A stretch of DNA of 63,939 nucleotides, filler included, from Octopus bimaculoides (GCF_001194135.2; 9 parts of 9 records of this genome joined end to end with filler, not necessarily neighbours in it); one strand, 5' to 3'; shown: positions 1 to 13,169, numbered from the whole stretch's first letter. Notes: generated by a model from the sequence alone, not told the origin. Made by a program: numbers and translations.

Positions 1-351
1 AATTCAATTTTGGTTCTCCAAGTTGTATAAGATACCAGCTTTTATTCTAAACAATATTTATAATGCTTCCAGCAATAGAATATAGTGCAAAACTGTCTCA
101 GGAAGATCTTCTTCTTCAGATATCATGCTGCAGCCGTTCCTCGCCATATGTTCAAGTCACACAGTTATTTGGGAAAGTATCAAACACATTTCAATTTTGT
201 TTACTGTGTAAGATAGGATTTCGGGATTCTGTTTAGCCGTGTAATTCTATAGCAGTAATTTACGTCTGCTTTCACCGCGGGTCATTTTATAAACTGTTAC
301 GTAAATGGAGAGGACGTATGTTATATAATACTGCGCATGTAGGATGTGTAA

Positions 352-680
352 TCTCACACAAATACATACATGAAGGTAGACGCATGCGCAAAGACACGCA
401 CACACTCACACAGACTCACACACATTAAGTGTGTGTGTGTTGGCATGTGTGTGTATGTGTTCTTGTGTAAACGTATAAATCTATATCTATCTATACATAC
501 AAACACACATACATACACACGCACACATACATAGATATATACATACACGAATGCATATGTATATATACATTTATACATATACACATACATATGTATATAT
601 ATAAATATATTTTTGTGTGCGTGTGTGTTAATGTGTGTAGTTTATTTCTCTCACACGCACACACATATATGTGTATATAT
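352..680. repeat. Compound (CA)n/(TA)n/(TG)n microsatellite region
   Basis: Dinucleotide runs visible directly; the YV/HT-rich ORF here is a by-product. Confidence 0.9.
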
Positions 681-1244
681 TACATAAATGGATTTAAACA
701 GAGAATACATCTGTGAATCTTTGCAGATTTTCTGTACGTATGCGCATCTCTGTTTAACAATTGACATCAGAAATCTACGACGACCATAGTTTTATGAATG
801 GCAATTGAATTACCACTAAAAAATTACTGCTATATTAAAGATAACGAACAATGAAAGCAATTAAAGACTAAAATCGAACTTACATATCAGTAAGTACATA
901 CCGTCAATATATTAAATGGCATCCAGAGACTTACACAACTTCAGGCCAATAGTTCCAGTTCATCATAACCGACAAAAGTTCCATTTTATTCAGTGTGAAT
1001 TAAACATAAATCACATGTGAAATTTATTACTAATCAAGCGTAATTGCTATATGTACGATAAGATCATTCTCTGCCCTTTCATCTCGATAAACCAAGAAAT
1101 TATCTGATATGGTATTTGAATAACGTCCTTTTTATGCGTACCTCTACAGGTTTTCCAATAGAATTTAAAGCTAGCACTGCTAACACGAAGTAGGTCAAAG
1201 AATTTACTTATAATCCTTTGATATGCATAAGAGTACATTATAAA

Positions 1245-2411
1245 ATCATTTACCTGTAATACTATGTGCTACTGTTTTGGATTTAATTAATTTCGATTCA
1301 CCGACATATTCCCAAGTTTTTTTCATTTATAGGGGTGATATCTTTACTAGTGTCCAACTGTATTTTAACACTTGTATTTTTAATTTTCACCTTTACGAAT
1401 TTTTTCTTCGTTATATTATCAATTTCTTCCGATGTCATACTATTTATTCTTCTTCCTTTGTTCTGGCGTTTTATCATCTTCGTTCTACAGTGCGTCTTTA
1501 TAAGTCCTATATTACCACATCGAAAGCACTCCGCTTTTTTAAATAAACGATTTTTCCTCAAGTGTACACTTTCACATGCGAAACATGGGCTTATTTCCTG
1601 AATGTTGTCGTGTTTTCTAAAAACACCTTATCTCTATTCTGACTATTTTGCACTTATTTTACTTGGAAATAATCTTAACGTTCAATTTCCTTTGTGCCAT
1701 ATCTTAATTTGACTGTCCTCTCACAATCTTCTGACACTTGCTGTAGGGTTACATCCTGGTTTTGTTCCAGCTTTGCGAGAATTCTAGTTCTAACTTCTGC
1801 GTCCTTTTCGGCAATACGCCCCTGAGTAAAAATCAGGCATTTGAATATATCTGGCGTTAATTCTTCCACTTTAAACTTCTCGCATTCCCTGTTTATCTAC
1901 CAGCACATGCGATGCTGCACTTGTTGTTTTTCTCTATGTTCAGCCACTTCCAGCGTGTGTGGAACAATGAGCTTTTTTCACTGAAACTTTTAAACAATAT
2001 AGCTATTGTGCCATTAAATTTTATGTCCGGAAGTTTTCTTCGGAGTAAAAAATTGCTGTAACGCTCATGTTTTGCTGCCACCAGTTTTCTTAAGATTAAG
2101 CGCGTTTTCTTTTTGTCGCCCCAATTTTTACATTCTTTCTCGAAGATGTGCTCATATCTTCTGTACTATGCTTCGAAGGTAACTCATTCGCTTGGTTCGT
2201 ATTTGAACTCTGTTATGGAGTTCGCGAGAATGCTTTTTCTTAATTTCCTCACGACTTCAATGCTTGCAGCAATTGTTACTGTAATATTATTTACTGTCGT
2301 TGGTGCTTCTGTTGCAGCACTTGCTGTTGTATCTGCTGCTGCTGTTTGTTCTTTCAGTTGTTATTGTTGTTGGTTTTGCAACTCGAGCAAGCCTGCTAAT
2401 AAATCTTCCAT
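1245..2411 (-). mobile_element. Ty3/Gypsy LTR retrotransposon gag + zinc knuckle + aspartic protease, degraded (K02A2.6-like lineage)
   Basis: Minus strand from ATG at 2411: MEDLLAGLLELQ...NSITEFKYEPSE*VTFEA*YRRYEHIF...KLVAAKHERYSNF...SEKSSLFHTRWKWL...ELTPDIFKCLIFTQG...DAEVRTRILAKLE; degenerate knuckle CFRCGNIGLIKTHC; protease-like VKIQLDTSKDIT (D-T-G motif decayed). Contains stops and frameshifts. Confidence 0.88.
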
Positions 2412-2603
2412 ACTTTTACGATTGTTCATGAAATTCGTACACCAACATTGTGAGTTTATTAACTTCGCTTCGAGCTTATATTAACTCTCACGTGAATTGG
2501 TTTATCCTCGACGAGTTTATCAATTCTACGTGAGTTGTTTAAATCCTAGTCTAGTTTATTAATTCCTCGTGGGTTGTTTAAATCTTCGTCTCCACTATTA
2601 TAG

Positions 2604-2808
2604 CTCTTGTCGCCACTGTTGAAATCCTTATGTTGGATTATTAACGACGCCACTTCGGCATAAAATATACTTAGTAAAACCAATAAAGACACGACTATCT
2701 CTAACCGCCTAGTAGTACTCTCTCGTACTCTGCTATTTATAATGACTAATTCATACTACTTGTTACGTGGGAGGGGTATACTATTATTACTAATCCCGCA
2801 CCACAACA
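2604..2808 (-). mobile_element. 5' LTR (2617-2808) and primer-binding site (2604-2616) of the Gypsy element
   Basis: 192-bp segment bounded by TGTTG...CAACA. On the minus strand it ends ...TTTCAACA and is followed directly by GTGGCGACAAGAG (TGGCG-type PBS), about 190 bp upstream of the gag ATG. TATAAATA lies inside on the minus strand. Confidence 0.72.
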
Positions 2809-3444
2809 ATATATTGTATATTTACGTATGTATACATCTGCATGGTACTTTTTTACATATAGGCATTTATCGCCACCTATATTATTATTTAATACGTGTG
2901 TACATTATTAACGAAGATAGTATCTAAGTCGTATCTTGTGAATATATTACTATTCCGCTTATATGTACAAAATAATTCACATAAATCATTGTATACACTA
3001 GGTGCGGTCCACTTGAAAGAGCAGGTGTTTTGTAGCGACATAAACTTGATAAATATTTTGATAACCTATTTTTTAGTGTTTTGTTTCATTGTCAAAGATA
3101 TTCCATTATCTGTTGAAAAATTACATATTGTGAATAACAACGTTGTTGTATGCGAAGTAATATAGCTATGCATATGTTTCCAATATTTCCAATGATTCAC
3201 CTCGATGCTGTATACTAATGCTGTATACAATGCTCAATACTAAGCTGCACTTTGCATGTTAGTCACTAATACGCTGTTTTGAAAGTAAAACAGAAAAAAA
3301 TATATAAACATTGTTATATAATCACGTGGTTTAGATACTATTTTGCAGATATTATTTTGAAATATCTGGGTTCGTATGTTAAATTTAAGAAACTAAAAAG
3401 GATTATTTTGTTTTTTACAATTCTATGGAGAATTTGAAATTATT

Positions 3445-3664
3445 CATTTCTTTTCTTCTCTAGGCACAAAGCCCGGACTTTTTGGAGCGGGGTGCAGTCG
3501 ATTACATTGACGCCAGTACGCAACTGGTACTTAATTTATCGATCCCGAATGGATGAAAGGCAAAGTCGACCTCGGTGGAATTTGAATTCAGAACCTAAAA
3601 ACAGAAGAAATACCGCTAAGCATTTCACCCGGCATTGCTAACGTTTCTGACAGCTCGCTGCCTT
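3445..3664 (-). mobile_element. tRNA-derived SINE, family A, with 16-bp target-site duplication
   Basis: Matches the other family-A copies (GGCGAGCTGGCAGAA head, GTCGACTTTGCCTTTCATCC core). AGAATTTGAAATTATT is repeated at 3429-3444 and 3665-3680. Confidence 0.9.
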
Positions 3665-3769
3665 AGAATTTGAAATTATTGCATTGTCATATAAATTTGC
3701 TGGCTTTTTTTTTCTACTTAACACTCCATTGTCATATGTTTGAAAATAGTTAAAATTTATTCAAATAGA

Positions 3770-3968
3770 GCTGGCGTGGCTGTGTGGTAAGAAGTTTGCT
3801 TCCCAGACACATGGTTCCAGGTTCAGTTTCACTGCTTGGGACCTTGGGCAAGTCACGTCTACTGTAGCCATTGGNNNNNNNNNNNNNNNNNNNNNNNNNN
3901 NNNNNNNNNNNNNNNNNNNNNNNNNNNNNNNNNNNNNNNNNNNNNNNNNNNNNNNNNNNNNNNNNNNN

Positions 3969-4012
<44 letters not shown>

Positions 4013-4065
4013 GGCGAAGCCCTTGCATGGCCGCAGTCTAATGACTAAAACAAGTAAAAGGTAAA
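3770..4065 (+). mobile_element. tRNA-derived SINE, family B (CORE-like), interrupted by a gap
   Basis: Head GTGGCTGTGTGGTAAGAAG...GGTTCAG, CORE-like ACCTTGGGCAAGTCAC, and tail GCATGGCCGCAGTCTAATGACTAAAAC after the gap and (TA)n. Confidence 0.8.
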
Positions 4066-4174
4066 TATATATGTATTTATATATATATATTTACATACAT
4101 GAGAAAGTGCTGAAAATTTCCTGGCTCTATGGGTATCGTGAAAGGCCTGGTTGGTAGCTCAAATACCAACGACG

Positions 4175-4710
4175 TGGGAATCAAGGAAGCGGAGGTTAAT
4201 GGATATAAGTATCTGGGTATCTTGGAGTATGACAAAATCAAGCCAAGCGAGATGAAGAGAAGCTTTAGGCGAGAATTTCTCAGAAGGATCAAAACAAATA
4301 TGTAAAATAGACTCAATGGAAACAGAAAGATCAGGGCAATGAATACACGCGCTGTTTCCTTCATGTGATACGGCGCAGTTGTTGTCAGGTTGACAAAGAG
4401 CCTGAGGAAACTGATATAAAAGCTAGGAAAGTAATAATAATGAACAAAAAACTGTACCTTCAAAGCAATATAGATAGACTGTTGTACTTAGATAGAAGGA
4501 GGGAATGTGCATCTGAGATGCAAGACCTGTGTTGCCAACGAGAAGTCTGGTATTGTGCATCGAACAACAGAGTGAATCCTTGTTTGTGGCTGTTAGAAAT
4601 AATAACACGATACCTACGGAAAACGTGACTCTCCACAAAACATTTCAGAAGCAAAATGGACTGGAAAACAAAATGAAAACAATGCATTGGCATCACCTCA
4701 GAGAAATCGA
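4175..4710 (+). mobile_element. R4/Dong-clade non-LTR retrotransposon fragment (RT C-terminus/thumb region)
   Basis: Translates to GYKYLGILEYDKIK...EFLRRIK...RLNGNRKIRAMNTRAVSFM*YGA..., homologous to YKYLGILEMDKL...SNGRNKIEAINTWVVPLLRYGAG of the long copy at 36.8-37.1 kb. Confidence 0.85.
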
Positions 4711-6764
4711 TGGAACTTTTTATGTTTTTGGCTTTCGACATCTTTTCATCTACCCCTCAGATTTTCGCTTCCACCGTCGCCCATGTTGCTGCTACTGTTG
4801 CGGCCGCCACCATCACTACCACCACTTCTACTACTACTAGTACAACTATTTTTTCACCATGCCCTCTCTCTCTCTCTCTGCTCAGTTCCCGTCGGAAAAT
4901 ATTATTTTAACCCCTAAGATCAAAGGCACATATTTTGAGGCATTTGCAACATCTGACTTGAAGTGGTTTTATTGGTACACAAAATATAACTATTTAGAAT
5001 TCATGAGACCAAAGCGCAATTCTATTTATGAAAACCAAAAAATATAAAAATACGAGAGGAACTGAAGTGTATATAAAAGAACACATAATTGTATCTAAGC
5101 AAAGTTGTAGGCAACGTCTTCGGTGTGCATCTGTGGCAGTTGTTTAGCTGGACCACTGTAGTTGACAATATTTATTTCAGTAGAAATCTTATCATTTTCA
5201 TCCAAACCTCAGAACGATAATTTGCACTCCATTTGAATTTATAAACTGCATAGATACACAAATTTAAATATCATACGAATTTTGTCCAAAGCTGTATTAT
5301 TTCTTTTAGGTTTTCCATAATAAAAATGATGACGATTGGTTTAGAATAAGCACAATAGCTCCTCTATAATGGGTATAAAACATGTGTTGTCTTGGAGTAA
5401 TTGCTTTCCCAAAAGACATTACCGGATTACCATTTACGTGTTCATTCTACTAATGATAGGCCGAGAGGTTTATGTAATACATTATGAAATTATAAACATG
5501 AAAGGAAACGTGATTTCCTGTGGGACTTGGACGTATGGCAGCTTATACCGAATGTAATTTGTCAACACGGCCATGTTTGAGTACGATTAGCAAATAACAC
5601 TGTCTTTATAGGATACAGGCTTAGCTTCAATATCTGAAATGTCATTTAATTTAGTGAAATAGCCTTTAGCTCTAATGGGATTTTAGAAACCGAAGCATAA
5701 GGTCTTGTGTTTGTAAGCTTAGTTTGTACGGGCTATGGCGCAATACATAACGTGCGGGAGCTTACACCTTATTCAAATAAACTTGCTTGCTGCGAATAAT
5801 TTGTAATTAATTCTACATACAAAATATATTTGTATGTTTAAAACATTTTCAATCAAGCAATACATTAAGAAGTGCAAGTGTACAGTATCAAGTTCATGTG
5901 TGAGTTGCTTGAAGCATTGGTGGGAAGCGTACGCGATGCCACAACCACTGATAGTACAAAAGTGACCATTTGCAAATAAATTCCTTGAACTTTTGCTGAC
6001 TAAAAGTTGGTGTTCTAACTCCAAGAACTTCTGTGCGACATCATTAATTGATTATATTAAATTAAGCCTTTACAGTTTACTACCAAATATCAAATTTTGC
6101 TTGCTTGTCCTGAAATTCTTCGATATATGTTCGTTCAACCAAACACATTATCAGAAGGTACGAACGACCGATTACTTTATATATATATATATATATATGA
6201 TCGCTAGCCACTAAACTTTTTCCACAATATNNNNNNNNNNNNNNNNNNNNNNNNNNNNNNNNNNNNNNNNNNNNNNNNNNNNNNNNNNNNNNNNNNNNNN
6301 NNNNNNNNNNNNNNNNNNNNNNNNNNNNNNNNNNNNNNNNNNNNNNNNNNNNNNNNNNNNNNNNNNNNNNNNNNNNNNNNNNNNNNNNNNNNNNNNNNNN
6401 NNNNNNNNNNNNNNNNNNNNNNNNNNNNNNNNNNNNNNNNNNNNNNNNNNNNNNNNNNNNNNNNNNNNNNNNNNNNNNNNNNNNNNNNNNNNNNNNNNNN
6501 NNNNNNNNNNNNNNNNNNNNNNNNNNNNNNNNNNNNNNNNNNNNNNNNNNNNNNNNNNNNNNNNNNNNNNNNNNNNNNNNNNNNNNNNNNNNNNNNNNNN
6601 NNNNNNNNNNNNNNNNNNNNNNNNNNNNNNNNNNNNNNNNNNNNNNNNNNNNNNNNNNNNNNNNNNNNNNNNNNNNNNNNNNNNNNNNNNNNNNNNNNNN
6701 NNNNNNNNNNNNNNNNNNNNNNNNNNNNNNNNNNNNNNTATATATATCACAAGTACCATTCAAA

Positions 6765-7037
6765 TAGTTCTCGGGGGAGATTCAGCGTGACACAGAGTGT
6801 GACAAGGCTGGCCTTTTGGAAATACAGGTACAACAGAAACAGGAAGAAAGAGTGAGAGAAAATTGTGATACAAGATTACAGCAGGGTTCGCCGCCACCAC
6901 CACAACTCCTGGCAGAGCCTCGTGGAGCTTTAGGTGTTTTGGTTTAATAAACACTCGCAACGCCCGGTCTGGGAATCGAAACTGATATCCTACGACCCCG
7001 AGTCTGCTGCCTTAACCACGGGGCCATTGCACCTCCA
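6765..7037 (-). mobile_element. tRNA-derived SINE, family C, 3'-truncated
   Basis: Minus strand starts TGGAGGTGCAATGGCCCCGTGGTTAAGGCAGC...GTTTCGATTCCC (A/B boxes); near-identical to the copy at 32390-32776. Confidence 0.9.
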
Positions 7038-7184
7038 CATACACATACATATATACATATACATATGCATATGTACATGCATATATATATACTACACACA
7101 CACGCGCGCATACATACATATACCTATTTCTCTACCTGTATACGTGTGCGGATGTGTGTATCTTTGTGTGTTAGTGTGTGAATT

Positions 7185-7237
<53 letters not shown>

Positions 7238-7449
7238 CAACTTATAGCCATTGTTCCTTTTTCATATTTATTTTATTGTTCGTATAGTTAGTTCAGTGAA
7301 ATATAAAATACAATAGACATTTCGGTTTTATTGCAACGGCAAGAAACTCGCCAATAACAACAGCCACCACCACCATTAGTAGCAGCATGACTAAAAGTTG
7401 TAGGTATTCACTAGGATTTATCACACCATCGTACTCATCAGGAAATTGG

Positions 7450-7606
7450 TTATCATGGCGGTAACGACATCAATTTTCAAGATGGTGGCGGCAGTGGTGG
7501 AGGTGATGTTGGTGGTGGTGGTGGTGTTGATTGTGGTGCAACTGCTCTTGATGGTGATGGCGGTGATGATAATGGCTATGATGCTGAGGATGCTGTTGTT
7601 GTTGAA

Positions 7607-7648
<42 letters not shown>

Positions 7649-7928
7649 AAGACGGAGGAGGAGGACGGGGGATTATGATCTTCATGATGGCTGCTGCAAT
7701 ACCGGGAAAAACATAGGTAGTGATTTCGTCTAAAATTTATCATGGTTTAGAATTTAAATTTTCGATGATAAACACTAATGGTTATGATGTTAGGGTTATT
7801 GGTGGTGGTGAAGGCGATCGGACGTTGATGCTGGCATTGACAGGTATTGGATGAATGTGGAGTGGGTCAGTGACAGGTGTTGCTTCGGGGCAAATGATGA
7901 CGATGATGATGGTGATGGCGATGGTGAC

Positions 7929-7974
<46 letters not shown>

Positions 7975-8330
7975 ATGTTCATAATGATGATGATGAGGAG
8001 GAGGAGGAGGAGGAGGTAGGGGATGTTGATGATGAGGATTAAGATGACGAAGATGATGATGTTGATGACAGTACCAACGCGACTGTGATACAAGGTTCTG
8101 GGTTGGGTGGTGGTGATGAGTTTTGGAATGATGTCAGCAGAGCTCTGATTTCGGGGGAGGTGTGGTGTCTACATCTAATGATGAATATAATTACGATACT
8201 CGCTCAGCTGGTGCTCTTTATGTTGATCACTATGATTATGGCGATAATGTTTAAGAGACTAAAAGTATTATGTTGGCGACGGTAGCGGGTGGTGGTCATG
8301 GCTGTAACGGTAATCATAGTATTCACGATG
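7450..8330. repeat. Compound trinucleotide low-complexity tract (GGT/GAT/GAG)n
   Basis: Alternating (GAT)n, (GGT)n and (GAG)n runs; the poly-M/H/D/I ORFs are by-products. Confidence 0.9.
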
Positions 8331-8999
8331 TTGATACCAGCCATAAATATATATATATATATATATTGTTATGGACTGAAGCCATCACCTTCTGGTGATG
8401 AGTATTTCCAAGAGATTAATTTTAATCTACTCCGTCAATACCAACACCGTCCACCATTCCCGTCCTCTCAAATATAGAAAAGGTAATCTTATAGTAAAAC
8501 CTGATTGATTTCGGGTATTGGGGTTCTAGAGGGAAATCTGGTGGCCTTGTGGTTTGGGTGTTTGTGTGATTGAGTCAGGATCATATCGTCGTACGTTCGA
8601 TTGTTTGCTCCGAAAATATTTGCTTTATGCAATAATTTGAAATTAATATAGATACTAAGTCTGGAATTGTGTGGGATCGGAATTTATGGCTAAGTCAACC
8701 TGAACAAGGGGTAGGGTTTTCTCGACATTGGAAAGATAAGAGGCAAATATTTTCCCGGTGGGATTTGAGCCCAAAACATAGAGAAGTAGGAGAATTTTGT
8801 CCATCTTTAGCTAAACGACTGCATCTAACATCTAAAAAGAGACTAGAGTAAACCACATAAGAGGGCCGATAATCTCAAATCTGAAATGTGTTTCTTTAAA
8901 CCACCCTACTTCGATGACAGAACCACTGCGCCCATGCTATATGCGATTCGCTGAGAGGCACCCAATCTGTATGCGGTGCACACCGGTCAGACTGTGAGG

Positions 9000-9471
9000 A
9001 AATTTCTGGCGAGGAAGAATAACACAGGTAACATTGTGAGGTGTATAGTATCCAATTGATCCATCACTGACTTCAAAATATATTCTAGGACCTGTGTGTT
9101 TTATGGAAACTTTTTTTAGTAAATATGGGGTCTCATACATAGTGAGTACTGTCAGAGAATTGCAGGATCGAATAAAAAAAACAAATGCGCACAGACACTT
9201 CAATCAAAAAACTCCAGAAGAAGTACCAAATCCAAGATTTCAAAGTAATCATTAGGAACACTAAGTGCGTGAGAAGCAATTGAGAATCATGGCTGTCCAG
9301 CTTATGAATAACTTGAAACCAGCAATATACAACGAGAAGACATAACTATAATAACACGAGTCTGCGAATGTCACCTTCTTCATCCTTCCTTCCCACGCAT
9401 CTTAGCAACGAATTTTTCCATCCAACGTTTCCCCCCATGGCCTGAAGAAGGGGTTATAGCCTCAAAATATA
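9000..9471 (+). mobile_element. Penelope-like element 3' remnant (GIY-YIG C-terminal half plus degenerate hammerhead-like motif)
   Basis: One frame gives KYGVSYIVSTVRELQDRIK (cf. YIGxTxRxLxxRIxEH) and EKQLRIMAVQLMNNLKPAIYN (cf. LxIxExxxIxxLKPxLN). CTGAAGAAGGGGTTATAGCCTCAAAA lies at 9442-9467. Confidence 0.55.
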
Positions 9472-10762
9472 GAAATATAATGTAAAATTACAATTTGCTC
9501 TTGCTTTCTTTTCTTTTTGGATTTCAATTTGTATCTTCTCAGAATTTTCCAGCTATACGAAATAAATCCCTTTAAAGTTATCTCGCACAGTAATTCATCA
9601 ATGCTACACCATTTTAATACATANNNNNNNNNNNNNNNNNNNNNNNNNNNNNNNNNNNNNNNNNNNNNNNNNNNNNNNNNNNNNNNNNNNNNNNNNNNNN
9701 NNNNNNNNNNNNNNNNNNNNNNNNNNNNNNNNNNNNNNNNNNNNNNNNNNNNNNNNNNNNNNNNNNNNNNNNNNNNNNNNNNNNNNNNNNNNNNNNNNNN
9801 NNNNNNNNNNNNNNNNNNNNNNNNNNNNNNNNNNNNNNNNNNNNNNNNNNNNNNNNNNNNNNNNNNNNNNNNNNNNNNNNNNNNNNNNNNNNNNNNNNNN
9901 NNNNNNNNNNNNNNNNNNNNNNNNNNNNNNNNNNNNNNNNNNNNNNNNNNNNNNNNNNNNNNNNNNNNNNNNNNNNNNNNNNNNNNNNNNNNNNNNNNNN
10001 NNNNNNNNNNNNNNNNNNNNNNNNNNNNNNNNNNNNNNNNNNNNNNNNNNNNNNNNNNNNNNNNNNNNNNNNNNNNNNNNNNNNNNNNNNNNNNNNNNNN
10101 NNNNNNNNNNNNNNNNNNNNNNNNNNNNNNNNNNNNNNNNNNNNNNNNNNNNNNNNNNNNNNNNNNNNNNNNNNNNNNNNNNNNNNNNNNNNNNNNNNNN
10201 TATATATATATATATATATATATATGCTGTAGGTAACAACAATAGAAGTCCGCTATCGGCAGCATAAGCTATTACCTTTAAGGAAAGGTAATAGCTTTAG
10301 ATATTATTGATGCTCCTCTCACAACCATACTCATTACAAACCATTTATGGTGCACTCTTGGAGACCTCAGCTTAGCACGACCTGCTACAAATATACGTCA
10401 AATTCTTTTCAAATCAAAGCTAAAAGGAATATTATTATTGATGAGTTGGGGAATATTCCAAGCTGCTTCACTATGAAGCTTTGTAATTTCTGGGAAGAAT
10501 ATTGTGAGAACCGTGTATAATCCATGTACCGTATCATTTTATTGACACAGTTCTCCATACAAGGGTGGGTCTGATCAGGATAAATGAAAGGAACGAAATA
10601 TAATTTATTTCCAAAGCAATCATTTAGTTATTCAAAGAGCTGCATTTCTCCCATTGTTTGAATTTCGGGCCTTCTGATTTGTGAGAGCCTGATGTTTAAC
10701 AAGTTGAGAGACACGATGTGCAGTATCCGGTGCAATTGCACGTGCATACATGCGTATCTACA

Positions 10763-10796
<34 letters not shown>

Positions 10797-11183
10797 NNNN
10801 NNNNNNNNNNNNNNNNNNNNNNNNNNNNNNNNNNNNNNNNNNNNNNNNNNNNNNNNNNNNNNNNNNNNNNNNNNNNNNNNNNNNNNNNNNNNNNNNNNNN
10901 NNNNNNNNNNNNNNNNNNNNNNNNNNNNNNNNNNNNNNNNNNNNNNNNNNNNNNNNNNNNNNNNNNNNNNNNNNNNNNNNNNNNNNNNNNNNNNNNNNNN
11001 NNNNNNNNNNNNNNNNNNNNNNNNNNNNNNNNNNNNNNNNNNNNNNNNNNNNNNNNNNNNNNNNNNNNNNNNNNNNNNNNNNNNNNNNNNNNNNNNNNNN
11101 NNNNNNNNNNNNNNNNNNNNNNNNNNNNNNNNNNNNNNNNNNNNNNNNNNNNNNNNNNNNNNNNNNNNNNNNNNNNNNNNNNN

Positions 11184-11225
<42 letters not shown>

Positions 11226-11325
11226 TTCATTGCATTTCATTTGGGTATCTATATGTGTGTGCTAATGTGTATTGGCGTGTGTGTGACACTGTTGAAATCG
11301 CTTATGCAACTTGATGGTGTATATA

Positions 11326-11527
11326 TTTATTTCTTTATTGCCCACAAGGGGCTAAACATAGAGGGGACAAACAAGGACAGACAAAGGGATTAAGTCGTTT
11401 ATATCGACCTCAGTGTGTTACTGGTACTTATTTAATCTACCCCGAAAGGATGAAAGGCAAAGTCGGCAGACGAAATACCAGTAAGCATTTCGCCCGGTGT
11501 GCTAACGATTCTGCCAGCTCGCCGCCT
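11326..11527 (-). mobile_element. SINE family A with internal deletion
   Basis: Head (reverse complement of GCTAACGATTCTGCCAGCTCGCCGCC) and tail AAGGGGCTAAACATAGAGGGGACAAACAAGG, as in the 26.5-kb copies. Confidence 0.9.
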
Positions 11528-11998
11528 TTTGTTTATATATTGGCTTAGTGGTATAGAATATTTGGTAACTGTGAATAAGATGCAAGTTTCGAGTACTCCT
11601 AGGTAAATTTTTCTTGTCCTCGTCTTCTAATAGTAATTACCCAAATTTCTAGGCTCTTCTCACAGCTATCCCGCGTTCAAAAATTTCAAACAGCTAATAA
11701 AAACTTAAAAGAGAAAGTGAGAGACTTTGCAAATGAAAATGGAATACTTCGCAGTGAATACAATGAATATTTATATCTGTGAAGAATTATACGCAGTGAA
11801 TGCAATGGATATTTAAATTTGCGAGTAATCGGAGTTTAAAAAAATTCGTTAAACTCAGGAAATCGAAATTATCAGAAATTTCTTTCAACATGAATTTATA
11901 AAAATATTTATACACGGTCAACCCTTTAATGATTGCTTTCTTTTAGTACTTTTATTAATTGTTACACACCTAATTAATAAGCTGCTTACTCCATTGTA

Positions 11999-12125
11999 CA
12001 GGGTATCCACAAAGTCTGGCTACATGGAGTAAATAAAATCATAACATGAACAATTATATATAAGAAATAATAATTTCTTAAAGTATGTGTTAATACCCAT
12101 GTACTCAGACTTTGTGGACACGCTG
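11999..12125. mobile_element. Tc1/mariner-type MITE (127 bp)
   Basis: Imperfect 29-bp TIRs CAGGGTATCCACAAAGTCTGGCTACATGG / CCATGTACTCAGACTTTGTGGACACGCTG, flanked by TA at 11997-98 and 12126-27. Confidence 0.85.
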
Positions 12126-13009
12126 TAGTATAGACAAGGGCACTTTAAAAAAAAACACCAGTTTTGCTAAAATTAGGAGTCAAAACACTCCGAACCCACA
12201 AAAATTAACATTATATCTTCCCAGGCATGGTTGGAAAAAACCAAGTGACATAAGGATTGCATCTTACCTCTGAAAAATTGCAAAAAGGAATGTCTGGTAA
12301 CCTAATATGATTTCGAATTTAGCATCAAAACACACTTGATTCTCCACATCCAGTCTACTAATAACAAACTCTTCTATATCTTCTGGTGAAATATTCCTTT
12401 GCGACTCCGTACAGCCTTTTCAAATACAGCACCTGATACCGATTCTCTCAATGCGTTAACCCAAGAGCACACATCGGATCCTGAGCCATATCTCCCTTAT
12501 ATCAGGAATGGGGAATTCAGTTGAATCGAACCAGCGAATTCTCATCGCCAAGCGACGGATACTATATTTATATTCTGTTGCATATGATAAAACAGATTTG
12601 CCAAGAGAATAATAAACCACTTCAAGAATTCACCAGGAGAATTTTTTTTTTAAATGTCCACAGTCAATGAGAGCAGATGGTATATTTTAAAAGAAGTTCA
12701 ATAATATTTTTCAAATACAATTTGTGTAATGTTTTTTTCCAAGCAAAACAGTGAAAAATCAAAACATAATAACAATCATTGGTCTATTGTTTGTATAAGT
12801 AACATGATTAGCAAAACATTGTACAAGTCCTTTCGTTCCCCAAGCACACAGCTGTTATTTTAAATCAAACTGCGCACTGAAGTGTTTACAGTGATACTCA
12901 AGTAAGTAGTACACTGTAAATACATAAATACACAAAGCTGGCGAGAGACATACAACAACGTTCGTAGATTCTGGTGGTATTTCACCGCAAGCACACGCTA
13001 ATACACACC

Positions 13010-13051
<42 letters not shown>

Positions 13052-13169
13052 GTCTGTTTATAAAACCATAAAACCATAAAACCAGGAGATATGTGAGATG
13101 AATAAATATTTATTTTACCACGTATAACACATAGGGTTACAGCTGTTTTGTAACCTTCTTTATGTTGTA

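Noticed and set aside
12268-12420. Minus-strand open frame (…ISPEDIEEFVISRLDVENQVCFDAKFEIILGYQ…) ending at a GTAAGA donor
   Set aside because: No credible acceptor and no recognisable homology.
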